Shown: positions 25,049 through 34,637 of the stretch, one piece after another
Layout: each line of letters starts with the position of its first letter
How positions within the stretch are numbered: the first letter of the stretch is position 1
Assembly: GCA_963728565.1 (NCBI GenBank)
Contig: CAVSLC010000003.1
Location: 87,039 to 151,038 of the forward strand
Reading direction: 5' to 3'
From: an uncultured delta proteobacterium
GTDB lineage: Bacteria; Desulfobacterota; Binatia; UBA9968
Length of the DNA: 64,000 bases
Made by a program: the position numbers and the translations under genes
Notes under the pieces: model-generated
Told to the model about the DNA's origin: nothing
What the model saw: the letters and a program-made list of their open reading frames with translations, nothing else
Databases searched by the model: none

Positions 25049-25274
25049 CTAGTGTCAGCCATTTGAAACGACGGTTTAAACGATCAATGGATCAATTCAC
25101 CGGAAAGTAGCTGGTTGTCGCTTCGGGATGAAACCAAAAGCTGTTGGTTGGTTGCCGGAGAGAAAAGAAGGTTTACAATTCTAAAGAATTTTATTTCGAA
25201 CTATCGCCTTAAGCAGCGAATAAGCCTGCTTATGTTGTACCTTCAGCAATCGCATGCCGGAGAGTTTTAGATGC

Positions 25275-26303
25275 TCAAAGCGCCGTTTTCCCGTCCTTCG
25301 GCGGTTTAACCTCGCTAAGCAGCCGCTGGATAATATCTACCGACGACAATCCTTCGCCCTGGGCCTTATAGTTCGGCACGACTCGGTGGCGTAGGACCGA
25401 CGGCGCAAGCGCTTGAATGTCTTCGATTGAAACGGCATAGCGACCTTGGAGAATTGTGCGCGCCTTGGCGCCGAGGATCAGATACTGCGAAGCTCGCGGT
25501 CCGGCGCCCCACTCTACATAATCTCTGACGAACTGCGGCGCATCGTCATTTTGCGGGCGTGAATTCTGCGACAGCGCCACGGCATACGAAACCACAAACG
25601 GTGAGACGGGAACACGTCTAACGAGTTCCTGGTAGCGCAGGATCGCGGCACCTTCCATAACCTTGCGCGGCGACGGTTTTTCATTGGAAGTCGTTTGCAG
25701 AACGATTTGCACTTCGTCATCGAAATCGGGATAACCGATTTCGATGTTGAGCATAAACCGGTCGAGCTGCGCTTCGGGAAGTGGATAGGTGCCTTCCTGT
25801 TCGATGGGATTCTGGGTTGCCAAGACAAAAAACGGTAGATCCAGCGGAAAAGTTGTTCCGCCGGCGGTGACTTTGTATTCCTGCATCGACTGCAGCAGCG
25901 CCGCTTGGGTCTTGGGCGGCGTGCGGTTGATCTCATCAGCGAGCAAAATGTTCGTGAATATCGGCCCTTTGAGGAATTGAAACTGCCGCCTGCCGGTCGA
26001 TGGGTCCTCTTGCAGAATGTCGGTTCCGGTGATGTCGGAAGGCATGAGGTCGGGCGTAAACTGAATGCGGTTAAATTCTAGATCCAGGATCTCCGACAGG
26101 GTGCTGATCAACAGCGTTTTGGCCAGACCCGGGACCCCCACCAACAGGCAGTGTCCGCGGGCGAACAGCGCGATCAAAACTTCCTCGACGACCCTATCTT
26201 GACCGACGATGACCTTGCGAATTTCGCCCAGCATGGTGTCGCGTTTAGCCGCGAATTCTTCGATCTCCGCAATTTCATGTTGATGAATTTTAGCCGCGTC
26301 CAT
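25275..26303 (-). CDS. MoxR family AAA+ ATPase
   Basis: GVPGLAKT, RIQFTPDLMPSDITG, LADEINR, TQNPIEQEGTYPLPEAQLDRF. Confidence 0.95.
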   Translation of the reverse strand: MDAAKIHQHEIAEIEEFAAKRDTMLGEIRKVIVGQDRVVEEVLIALFARGHCLLVGVPGLAKTLLISTLSEILDLEFNRIQFTPDLMPSDITGTDILQEDPSTGRRQFQFLKGPIFTNILLADEINRTPPKTQAALLQSMQEYKVTAGGTTFPLDLPFFVLATQNPIEQEGTYPLPEAQLDRFMLNIEIGYPDFDDEVQIVLQTTSNEKPSPRKVMEGAAILRYQELVRRVPVSPFVVSYAVALSQNSRPQNDDAPQFVRDYVEWGAGPRASQYLILGAKARTILQGRYAVSIEDIQALAPSVLRHRVVPNYKAQGEGLSSVDIIQRLLSEVKPPKDGKTAL

Positions 26304-26315
26304 CGAGGTTCCTTT

Positions 26316-27902
26316 TCAGTTGGCGCCGAGCAACTTATCGAGCGAAGCCTTTGCCAGTTGCGCTTTTTCCGTCTCGCCCAAGGATGCGTAGACTTCGGTC
26401 AGTAGCTTAAAAATAAGCGGATTGAAAGGATTGATTTGAATTGCTTCCTCGAGTGCGTTCTTAGTCTCGTGATAATTTTTTGTCGCATGATAAATGCGGC
26501 CCAGTTGAACGTAGGTGCCGCCGTTGTCCGGGTCCAAATCAAGCGCTTTCTTCAACGGAGTCAGCGCCTCGGGGTAGCGATTCATCTGGATCAAAACCCG
26601 TCCCAACTTGTTGAGAATGATTGGAGAATGCGGGCTGGCCTGCAAGGCGCGCTGGTATTCGTTGGCCGCCGCTACGGTTCGTCCCTTGTTTGATAGTTGA
26701 TCGCCAAGATGGGTACGGTTACGCGCCACCGCCGATTGGATCTCCTTGAGCTCGACGATTTCTTGGTCTTCGTTTTGATCTTTTTTCACTTTCAGCCGGC
26801 GCACCCGGGTGCCTTCGATTTCTTTAAGGCCCTTTTGTTTCAGAAAATTTTTCCACTGAACTTCGAACGCATCGAAAGACAGGCCGAACACCTTTGAAAT
26901 CGCCTCGGATGTGGATGATTCATTAAGCGTCGCCAATAGCTCGCGTACGCCGGTCTTACCCTTGCTTTGATTGATGTAGTCGATTGCGGACGCAGCTTCG
27001 GCATAAGCCAATTGAACTTGCTCGGGTGTTTCCAAATGGATCAGCGAGGGTTCCATCTTTTTGAATCCGACGAATTGGTTTTTCTCCAGAGCTTGCACCA
27101 GCAGGGTTTGATTGGCGGGCGTCAGATAGTCCTCGGCTGCGTCCTTGGGCGGCACCGGTTTGCGCCAGCGAGTTTCGTAAAAGCGCGCCATTCCTTCGTG
27201 CAGCCAGATCGGCGCCTGGTTGTTGGTGAGACCGACGATCGCGTAATGCAGATACTCATGGCTCAAGGAATCGACCCAGCGATAGCCGAGACTCAGCGCC
27301 CGCGGCGAGATGATCATAAGCTTATTGAACTTACAGATGCCCACGGCGCCGGTCTCCTCGATATCGCGCAGAGAGAGAGTTGAAATCGCGTTGAAGCTCG
27401 GCGCATCTGGGGCGACCTCGACGCGGACTTTCTCCTTGGGGTAGTAACCGAGTTCCGCGCCGACCGCCTGGTAGCTTTTTTCCAAAGCATCGAGGGCATG
27501 GGTTGCCAATATCCCGTCGCGTTTTTCATCGAGGTAAAGCACGAAATGGACGCTCTCATAACGCTTGAGCGTTTTGATGACGTCGACGGTGAACTGGGTC
27601 AGCAGCTTTAATCCCTGGCGCTGTTTCACCTTGGAATCAATGGTAAGAGCCCTGTCGATGGACGCCAGAGCCTCCTGGTACCGGCCTTGGTAGAATTTTA
27701 CCCGGGCATCGAAATCCAGCGCATCGGGGGACTTCGGGTTGTCACGCAATGACTTCACCGCGAGCTCTTCAGCTTGGCTAATACGCCAGGCGTCGAGGAG
27801 CTCTTGGCCCTCCTTGAACTTGTCCTCCACCTCAGCGGCGAACAGTTGCGCCGCTAAACCGAGCAAAATAACAATTGCTGCGAAAGCAGTTCGATACTTC
27901 AA
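26316..27902 (-). CDS. Secreted TPR protein with central MA-clan (gluzincin-like) metallopeptidase domain
   Basis: Signal peptide; HEYLH plus PIWLHEGMA; TPR-like repeats at both ends. Confidence 0.8.
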   Translation of the reverse strand: MKYRTAFAAIVILLGLAAQLFAAEVEDKFKEGQELLDAWRISQAEELAVKSLRDNPKSPDALDFDARVKFYQGRYQEALASIDRALTIDSKVKQRQGLKLLTQFTVDVIKTLKRYESVHFVLYLDEKRDGILATHALDALEKSYQAVGAELGYYPKEKVRVEVAPDAPSFNAISTLSLRDIEETGAVGICKFNKLMIISPRALSLGYRWVDSLSHEYLHYAIVGLTNNQAPIWLHEGMARFYETRWRKPVPPKDAAEDYLTPANQTLLVQALEKNQFVGFKKMEPSLIHLETPEQVQLAYAEAASAIDYINQSKGKTGVRELLATLNESSTSEAISKVFGLSFDAFEVQWKNFLKQKGLKEIEGTRVRRLKVKKDQNEDQEIVELKEIQSAVARNRTHLGDQLSNKGRTVAAANEYQRALQASPHSPIILNKLGRVLIQMNRYPEALTPLKKALDLDPDNGGTYVQLGRIYHATKNYHETKNALEEAIQINPFNPLIFKLLTEVYASLGETEKAQLAKASLDKLLGAN

Positions 27903-27908
27903 AGTCTG

Positions 27909-30900
27909 TTACTCGGAAAGATTTTTGAAATAGCGTTCGATCTGGTCCTTTAGCTGAGGCGGAACGCCTTGCTTGAGAGAGTCCAGGATCTCTTCACGAA
28001 AATTTCGCGGAGCTTTGTATTCTTCCTTGCCGGGAAGACGGAATTTCTCGGTATCCAGTCCGGTGAAACCACTATCAACGTCAAACTCCGGAAACTGCGG
28101 CATGCCCGGGAGCGGCGTTAACATTCCTCCCGGCATGAACCGGCCTTGCCGGAATAACCGAGTTACCGGCATATTGCCTAGTTGGCCGCGTTGAGCCATT
28201 TGTTGCATGGCCGATTGCATTTGTTGTTGTGACTGCGAAAGCCGGTCCAGCGCTTCACGTTCAGGTGGTACCGCGCCTTGTGAGTCGAGCCGGCCGAGAC
28301 GCTGGTTGGCATTGTTCATGGATTTCCCGGCTTCGCCGATATTTTGGACAATTTTTGGATCGAGTGAGGGGAAAAGTTGAAAAAGCGACTCCAGCTTCTC
28401 ATGCAGAGATTCAGTGCGTTCGCGCAAAACTCCTTGGCGGTTGGCGAGATCGCGGAGTTGTTTTTGATCGGACTCCTTGAGCGCCTGCATCGATTGGCCC
28501 ATCAAACTGTCCAGCTCGGACTTCAGGTTGTCCAAGGTGCTTTCAGCGCGCCGCGCTCTCTCAACCTGTGCAGGATCACGTTTTTTTGCTAGCTCTTTGC
28601 GTGCTAACCCCTCGCCCTCGCCATAGCCGGGAAAATCCTTGCTCAGCAGCTTTGCGATCAAATTTTTAAGAAGTTGATTCATCGTCGCGTCGTCGAGCTT
28701 GGTGGCGGCTTGGGGATCTTCCGGCCCCTCGCGATCGGGAAAAAGCTCGGTCAATTTCCCCAGCTCGCTCTTGGCGTTTTCCAGGAATCGATCGAGTTTT
28801 TGCTTCAAAGCACTATCACGCTCGCTCAACGCCGACTTATTGATGTCTTCCGTGTTCAAGAGTATTTCCTGCTGCTCGCGCGCGATCTGCTGCAACTCGT
28901 TGGTTGAACGCGACATCTCGCCTTGCATACGCCCCATGCTTGAAGCCATCGCCGAGCGCTGGGAGTTCTGCAATGACGCCACCATCTGCGCCATCTGATT
29001 GAACAATTCCCGAGCAAGCTGACGCGCCCCGTCGATGTCGCCTTGCATCAGTTTCTTGCGGATCTCATCGAGCGCCGAAAACATCTCGTTGAACCCTAAG
29101 CTGCGCATCGATTCCATATTCATGAAATCGTCCGGCAGTTGTTGCGCCATCTGCGACATGGCTTGTTGCAGCGCGGCCAGTGACTTGGCGAGTTCGGAAA
29201 GCTGCTTGAGAAGCGAATCCAGATTCTTGTCGCCGCTGTGAAGCTTTTCCAAAGATTCCATGAGGCGCTCCTGACTGCGCGCCAGGTCCTGCGCCGTCGA
29301 AGCCATCTCCTGCGCCTTTAGCCGCTTGCTGATATCTTCCGAGAGCAGCGACATGCGCTCCAGTTCCGACGAAATCTCATCGCGAGCTCTCAATTTATCA
29401 TCAGCAGACTGAGCCTGCTCTTGTTTCTTGAGCAACTCTTCCTTGGTGAACTGCAGATTTCGCTTCAACGCTTCAAGATCGGACCAGGTGGCGAAGTCGG
29501 AAAGCCGGTCCTTTTCGGTTCTGCGCATCACTTCTTCGGTTTGCTTCAATGCTTCGGTCAGGTTTTGCTCAAATTTCTGGTTCATGTCGGGCGCGCGAGC
29601 CGCATTGTTTTCTTCCGGCATCGGCTTTTCCAGGTGATCACCCAGCAGATCGACCATTCGACTGTTAAGTTCACGGACCATCTCGGCAATCTGTTGATGT
29701 TCGCCCTTGATATTCTTAAGCCGCAGCCTGATCGCGCGCGATGAGCCCAGCTTGGGTCCGGAAATGGTGTCATTGTCCGTGACCTCGAGGTTGACCAGCG
29801 CGTCCTCTCCGTCGCGCAATGCCAGCCGGCCGAGGTCCCAACGGTATTGGTCGCGGAGAATTAGCCTGCGGGCATCATCTTTCTGCAGTCGAATCTTCTC
29901 TTGTCGCTCGCCGACTTTCACTGAAAGTGTCACTTCAGCCAGGCCGAAATCGTCACGCGCGCTGTATTCAAGGGTCAGCATCTCGTCGCCGTTAATCTCC
30001 AAATCTTCAGTCGGGCGGAGCAGGTCGATGGTGGGAAAGCCATCGGGCTTGACCTTCAGATCATAGGATATCGGCGAATTTCGAAAGCCATGGCGATCTT
30101 CCACAAGGATCTGGTATTGCTGTGATTGAAAAAGCACCAAATTGCCTTGCAGCTTGCGTCCATCAATCTTTAGCGGAACGCGCTTGCCATCACCAAGAAC
30201 GATTTCGGCTTTGACGATGTCTTTTGTGCTAATCGCATTGATCCTGAGGTTCGAGCCCTTGAGCCCCTCGATGTTGCCGCTGGTCGTGGCAGTTGCGCCG
30301 AGCCCGGTGTACGCCGGTGGATAAACAGTCAGTTGCAGGTTGCCGATTTCGGGCGGATCGATGGCTTCGGCGGAGTAGGTTGTCGAAGAAAACGGGCCGC
30401 TGGCGGCACGGTAGCTCACGGTTCTTTTCAAGTGAGCGAGCTTGACCCTAAACTTGCCTTCACCCAGGCTCTCCATGACTAGTTTTTCCTCGCCAACGAG
30501 CTCGCCGCGATCATTCGTGCCGGCCCAGACGATGAGATCAAGAGTTTTCGGGATAACTCCTGAAGTTGTCGCCTCGATCGTCACCGGCGCGCCACGCACA
30601 ACGCGCAGCCCTCGAGGATTAAGTTCTATGGCTGTCTGGGATGGCGGCATGTGGTCCAACGGATGTGTCAACAAGCTGAACGTCTGTCCTACCCAGGAAG
30701 GATTGAAAAGCAACATCCCGAGCACTGGAATGGCAAGAAGAAAAAACAGCCGGAGACTGCTCTTAAGCCGGTGCGTGTCGAGCAAATCGTTAAGCTTGAG
30801 CCCGGAAACTTCCTTGCGGGTGGTGCGTAACAGGGCGAGCACCATCGGCGCCGAAAATCCTGGCGCACTCTGAGCGTTCGCTACCTGCGGGTAGAGTTGC

Positions 30901-31220
30901 AAAGAGTTGATTAAATTATTGCGCAGTTTTGGCTGTTTTTGCTCGACGTAACGCGCTGCATGTTCCCGTGAAAACCGCCGCGCGACTTGAATGATGGTCC
31001 AGCAGATCAAACCCAGCAGGGTTGCGGCGGTGATAACGCTGTAGACCAGCGGCGCATAAGGAAAGAAAGTTTTGATCTGTTCGATACCCGGGCCGACTGC
31101 CAAAAGCAGTAGCGCGCATATTGCCGTGAGACAGATGCCCTCAATACCCTTAAGAAATTTGAAGCGCCGAATAAAACGCTTCAAGAATGAGGAGAGTTCT
31201 TGAAATTCCTCTTGTCCCAT
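27909..31220 (-). CDS. Large membrane-anchored coiled-coil protein, DUF4175-like
   Basis: 3 N-terminal TM segments, PPAYTG and ARDDFGL motifs, DNDTISGPK, Q/M-rich coiled coil, IERYF.. end. Confidence 0.7.
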   Translation of the reverse strand: MGQEEFQELSSFLKRFIRRFKFLKGIEGICLTAICALLLLAVGPGIEQIKTFFPYAPLVYSVITAATLLGLICWTIIQVARRFSREHAARYVEQKQPKLRNNLINSLQLYPQVANAQSAPGFSAPMVLALLRTTRKEVSGLKLNDLLDTHRLKSSLRLFFLLAIPVLGMLLFNPSWVGQTFSLLTHPLDHMPPSQTAIELNPRGLRVVRGAPVTIEATTSGVIPKTLDLIVWAGTNDRGELVGEEKLVMESLGEGKFRVKLAHLKRTVSYRAASGPFSSTTYSAEAIDPPEIGNLQLTVYPPAYTGLGATATTSGNIEGLKGSNLRINAISTKDIVKAEIVLGDGKRVPLKIDGRKLQGNLVLFQSQQYQILVEDRHGFRNSPISYDLKVKPDGFPTIDLLRPTEDLEINGDEMLTLEYSARDDFGLAEVTLSVKVGERQEKIRLQKDDARRLILRDQYRWDLGRLALRDGEDALVNLEVTDNDTISGPKLGSSRAIRLRLKNIKGEHQQIAEMVRELNSRMVDLLGDHLEKPMPEENNAARAPDMNQKFEQNLTEALKQTEEVMRRTEKDRLSDFATWSDLEALKRNLQFTKEELLKKQEQAQSADDKLRARDEISSELERMSLLSEDISKRLKAQEMASTAQDLARSQERLMESLEKLHSGDKNLDSLLKQLSELAKSLAALQQAMSQMAQQLPDDFMNMESMRSLGFNEMFSALDEIRKKLMQGDIDGARQLARELFNQMAQMVASLQNSQRSAMASSMGRMQGEMSRSTNELQQIAREQQEILLNTEDINKSALSERDSALKQKLDRFLENAKSELGKLTELFPDREGPEDPQAATKLDDATMNQLLKNLIAKLLSKDFPGYGEGEGLARKELAKKRDPAQVERARRAESTLDNLKSELDSLMGQSMQALKESDQKQLRDLANRQGVLRERTESLHEKLESLFQLFPSLDPKIVQNIGEAGKSMNNANQRLGRLDSQGAVPPEREALDRLSQSQQQMQSAMQQMAQRGQLGNMPVTRLFRQGRFMPGGMLTPLPGMPQFPEFDVDSGFTGLDTEKFRLPGKEEYKAPRNFREEILDSLKQGVPPQLKDQIERYFKNLSE

Positions 31221-31380
31221 TGGCTGACGCTGAAGGGCATCTTATCGCCGATCCTAGGGGTTGTCTATCGTGCTCTGGTTTCGCTTCCCCCTCAGTGGCA
31301 AGACGATGTTTCTTGTGTTAATCAAAGAACCTTCATCATTTCTCGCTGTTTTGGCTGGAGAAAGGAACGCCACGAGTTTA

Positions 31381-32973
31381 ATGGAAAACCTTGAAACCGA
31401 TATACTCATTCTGCACGAGGGGCACGAGGATGAATACGGTGACGATGAAGAGGGCATCGTCATGGACGAAGATCATCCGATGTGGCGCTCCGAGCGAATT
31501 ACGCTTAATTCGGTCGGCATCGACATCGGTTCATCGACATCCCACCTGATTTTCTCCCGACTGACTTTGCGTCGGCAGGGCATGGCTTTATCGAGCCGTT
31601 TCGTTGTCGTCAATCGCGAGATGCTCCACGAGTCGCCGATCCTCTTAACCCCCTATGTCGACAAAACGACTATCGATACCGACAAGTTGAATGAGTTCAT
31701 CCATGATTCGTACCGCAAGGCTAATCTGACGCCCAGCGATATCGACACCGGCGCGATCATTGTTACCGGGGAGGCTGCGAAAAAGAAAAACGCCGAGGCC
31801 ATAGCCGCACTTTTTTCCGCGGAGGCGGGTAAGTTCGTATGTGCCACCGCGGGACACAATCTCGAGTCGATTCTTGCGGCGTACGGTTCCGGCGCAGTCG
31901 GCATGACCCATCATGAGGGCGGCGATTTTACCGTCATGAATGTCGACATCGGCGGCGGCACCAGCAAGATCGCAATCGCGCAGGGCGGAAAGGTTATAGA
32001 CACTTGCGCCATGGAAGTCGGCGCGCGCCTGATAGCCATGGACGAAACCGGTAGGATCAATCGGCTCGAGGATACCGCGCTCAAAGTAGCCAATATGGCC
32101 GGTGTGAAGCTCGCCCTCGGAGCCACCGTGAGCGAAGAGGACAAGGAGAAGTTGGCCCAAGTGCTGTGCGACTCGCTCTTCGAGGTGCTCGAGCGCGGCC
32201 AGATCTCCACGCAGGCGCAAGATCTGCTTTTGACGCCCAACCTTGAGTACAAGGATCCGATTCACGCGGTGATGTTTTCAGGCGGAGTGTCTGAGTTTGT
32301 CTATGGCTACGAAAAGCGGAATCTGGGGGACCTGGGTGTCCATCTCGGCCGGCGTGTCCGGGCGCGCGCCAATCAGCTGGCCGGGGGTAAGATTCCATTG
32401 CGACCGGCCGAAGTACGGATTCGCGCTACCGTCATCGGAGCGTCCCAGTACACTGTCCAGGTCAGCGGCAATACCATCTACCTTTCTCATCCGGAATTGC
32501 TGCCTCTGCGCAACCTGCAAGTGATTACGCCTGAATTTGAGCAGAGTGAAACCCTCACATCCGCCGATATCACCATCTCCGTTCGGAAGGCTTTACAGCG
32601 TTTCGACATTTTCGATTCTGACCGAGCCGTAGCGCTCGCGATCAGATGGGAGCTTGGCCCTTCCTATCCGCTAATTCGCATGCTGGCGGAAGGGCTAGTG
32701 GGCGCCATGAAGGAGCATATTGATCAGGGTCAACCGATGGTGCTGGTCTTTGACGCGGATATCGCCAAGCTGATGGGAAACATCATAGAACGCGAGCTGA
32801 TACCCGGGGCAGGAATCATTTCAATCGACGGCATCGATCTCAAGGATTTCGATTTCATCGACATCGGTCAAGAATTACCCGACGCCAAAGCTGTTCCGGT
32901 CGTAATCAAGTCGTTGATTTTTCGCCATAACGAGCAGGGGCGGGGTCATCATCACCATCACCATCGCCACTGA
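31381..32973 (+). CDS. EutA-like reactivating-factor family ATPase (ASKHA fold) with C-terminal His tract
   Basis: SVGIDIGSSTSHLIFS, GAIIVTGEAAKKKNA, DIGGGTSK, IRATVIGASQ, IDIG..L...VPVVIKSL; start uncertain. Confidence 0.8.
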   Translation: MENLETDILILHEGHEDEYGDDEEGIVMDEDHPMWRSERITLNSVGIDIGSSTSHLIFSRLTLRRQGMALSSRFVVVNREMLHESPILLTPYVDKTTIDTDKLNEFIHDSYRKANLTPSDIDTGAIIVTGEAAKKKNAEAIAALFSAEAGKFVCATAGHNLESILAAYGSGAVGMTHHEGGDFTVMNVDIGGGTSKIAIAQGGKVIDTCAMEVGARLIAMDETGRINRLEDTALKVANMAGVKLALGATVSEEDKEKLAQVLCDSLFEVLERGQISTQAQDLLLTPNLEYKDPIHAVMFSGGVSEFVYGYEKRNLGDLGVHLGRRVRARANQLAGGKIPLRPAEVRIRATVIGASQYTVQVSGNTIYLSHPELLPLRNLQVITPEFEQSETLTSADITISVRKALQRFDIFDSDRAVALAIRWELGPSYPLIRMLAEGLVGAMKEHIDQGQPMVLVFDADIAKLMGNIIERELIPGAGIISIDGIDLKDFDFIDIGQELPDAKAVPVVIKSLIFRHNEQGRGHHHHHHRH

Positions 32974-32998
32974 ACGGTAGCGGCTTGGCACAGCCACG

Positions 32999-33027
32999 TT
33001 GACATTAGAAACGATATCGCCTAATTT
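32999..33027 (+). promoter_or_regulatory. Putative sigma70 promoter
   Basis: TTGACA-N17-TAATTT upstream of the 33063 ORF. Confidence 0.6.
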
Positions 33028-33062
33028 AAAAATTATCTTTATTTTACGGGTGTTTAACTTTT

Positions 33063-33248
33063 ATGGACGAAGCAAGCGGTTTGCAGAATTTTCTCGCGAT
33101 CGTAACCAAGCCGGACAATATTCCGATTGTCGGCATGCTGATCCTGGTGATTTTCTTCAGTTGGATCGGACTGCGCCAGGCATTCAAGAATGATCAGCTC
33201 GTCGAGCAGGGTAAAGAAGACCAAATTCCCAATGAAATGTGGAAGTAG
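33063..33248 (+). CDS. Small single-TM membrane protein (KPDNIPIVGML motif)
   Basis: 61 aa, one hydrophobic helix, abuts next gene, downstream of promoter. Confidence 0.7.
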   Translation: MDEASGLQNFLAIVTKPDNIPIVGMLILVIFFSWIGLRQAFKNDQLVEQGKEDQIPNEMWK

Positions 33249-34073
33249 ATGTTGAGGGGCTGCCTGATTGGGCTGGCCGTCCTCACGTGCATGGGTCTAT
33301 CTTTAGCTGCTGAAACAACATCTCCTCTCGTAAAGGAAAATCAGTGGGAGGAGGCGCGGAACTATCTGGCAGAAGGAAAAGCCGCAGAAGCCAAAGCGGT
33401 CTTTGAGGCTTTACTGAGGCGATATCCTGAGGAACCCGATCTTCATCTCTTTTTGGGTATAACCCTGCTGAGACTCCGCGATCCCCAAGCCGCCGAGACG
33501 TCGGTGCGCAAGGCGATTGCCCTTGATCCCGATCATGTTGAAGCGAGAACCTTACTTGCCTGGATCGAGTCGGATATTCGCGGTGACTTCGATGCAGCGA
33601 TTGCGGAGTACAAAAAGGTTGTCGAGCTGAAACCCGATCTTCCCCAGGCCTACAACAATCTTGGAGTGGCCTTGAAACGCAAAGGGGAGCTTGCCGCGGC
33701 AGCCGACAACTTTAACAAGGCGTTGGAGCGAAAGCCGGATTTTAGCGCGGCGCTGAACAACCGGGGCTGGACATTCGCTGAACAGGATAGATGGAGCGAA
33801 GCGCGCCGAGACTTCGAACAGGCGCTTAAGATCAATCCTCAAGACGACGGCGCGCTTTACGGCCTGTCACAGGCGTTGCGCGAAGTGAGGGATTACTCCG
33901 GGGCGCAAGAGGTTTTGGGCCAGCTCATATCTCGCTCTCCCAATTTTGTTTACTGGCTGGAGTGGGGGCGCATCGGGCTGATTCGATACTGGTGGGTTTT
34001 GTTGGCGATTGCGTTGGCATTCTTTTTCAAAGGACGATTCAAGAAAGCGGGGGTCCAATCTCATGGCGGCTGA
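33249..34073 (+). CDS. TPR protein with signal peptide and C-terminal membrane anchor
   Basis: TPR repeats (AYNNLG, ALNNRG), C-terminal WWVLLAIALAFFF then KGRFKK. Confidence 0.85.
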   Translation: MLRGCLIGLAVLTCMGLSLAAETTSPLVKENQWEEARNYLAEGKAAEAKAVFEALLRRYPEEPDLHLFLGITLLRLRDPQAAETSVRKAIALDPDHVEARTLLAWIESDIRGDFDAAIAEYKKVVELKPDLPQAYNNLGVALKRKGELAAAADNFNKALERKPDFSAALNNRGWTFAEQDRWSEARRDFEQALKINPQDDGALYGLSQALREVRDYSGAQEVLGQLISRSPNFVYWLEWGRIGLIRYWWVLLAIALAFFFKGRFKKAGVQSHGG

Positions 34074-34614
34074 AGCAAGCAAAAAGCGCAAAGGCACGGC
34101 ACTACTGGCGGTGATGGATGAGAATTGCTCAAGTTGCGCCGGTTCACCTTTGTGCGAGGCGCATTGTCCAGTCGATGAATGCATCAATCTGGTCTATGAA
34201 GAGCTGCCGCAGGGAGGGCTCAAACCTTATCGCGTCATGGTGGACAACGACAAATGCATCGGCTGTCAGATGTGTTATAGCGACGACTTGACCAAGGTGC
34301 AGCAGCACAAGGAGACCGGCGAGATCTTCTACGAATACGCCGGCCGTTTTTACGACAGCAACCGCAACCCGGTGGCGCCCGACGCCGTTCCGAAGCGTTT
34401 CCAGCTACAGCTCATTGGCACCGAGTCTGAAGACCGCCTCGACAAGAAAATCTGCCCTTGGGACGCCATCAAGATGTACGAGTTCGACGATGGTCTGGAA
34501 GTTTCGCAATTTTTTTACGACATCACCAAGCTCAAGAAAATTGACGGCGGGTATGTCATCGATGAGGCTGAAAAAGAACGTCTCGAAGCAAAGCAAAGCG
34601 AGCTGTACGAGTAA
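34063..34614 (+). CDS. Atypical 2x[4Fe-4S] ferredoxin-like protein
   Basis: C-x2-C-x5-C-x3-CP and C-x2-C-x2-C-x59-CP(WDAI). Confidence 0.75.
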   Translation: MAAEASKKRKGTALLAVMDENCSSCAGSPLCEAHCPVDECINLVYEELPQGGLKPYRVMVDNDKCIGCQMCYSDDLTKVQQHKETGEIFYEYAGRFYDSNRNPVAPDAVPKRFQLQLIGTESEDRLDKKICPWDAIKMYEFDDGLEVSQFFYDITKLKKIDGGYVIDEAEKERLEAKQSELYE

Positions 34615-34637
34615 CTCAACCGCCTATAGGTGAACTT

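Noticed and set aside
24791-25066. 91-aa TTG ORF across the hairpin element
   Set aside because: No SD, no recognisable motif, and it coincides with the inverted repeat
32985-33002. TGGCAC as a sigma54 -24 box
   Set aside because: No GC at the required -12 spacing; a sigma70 -35 fits better
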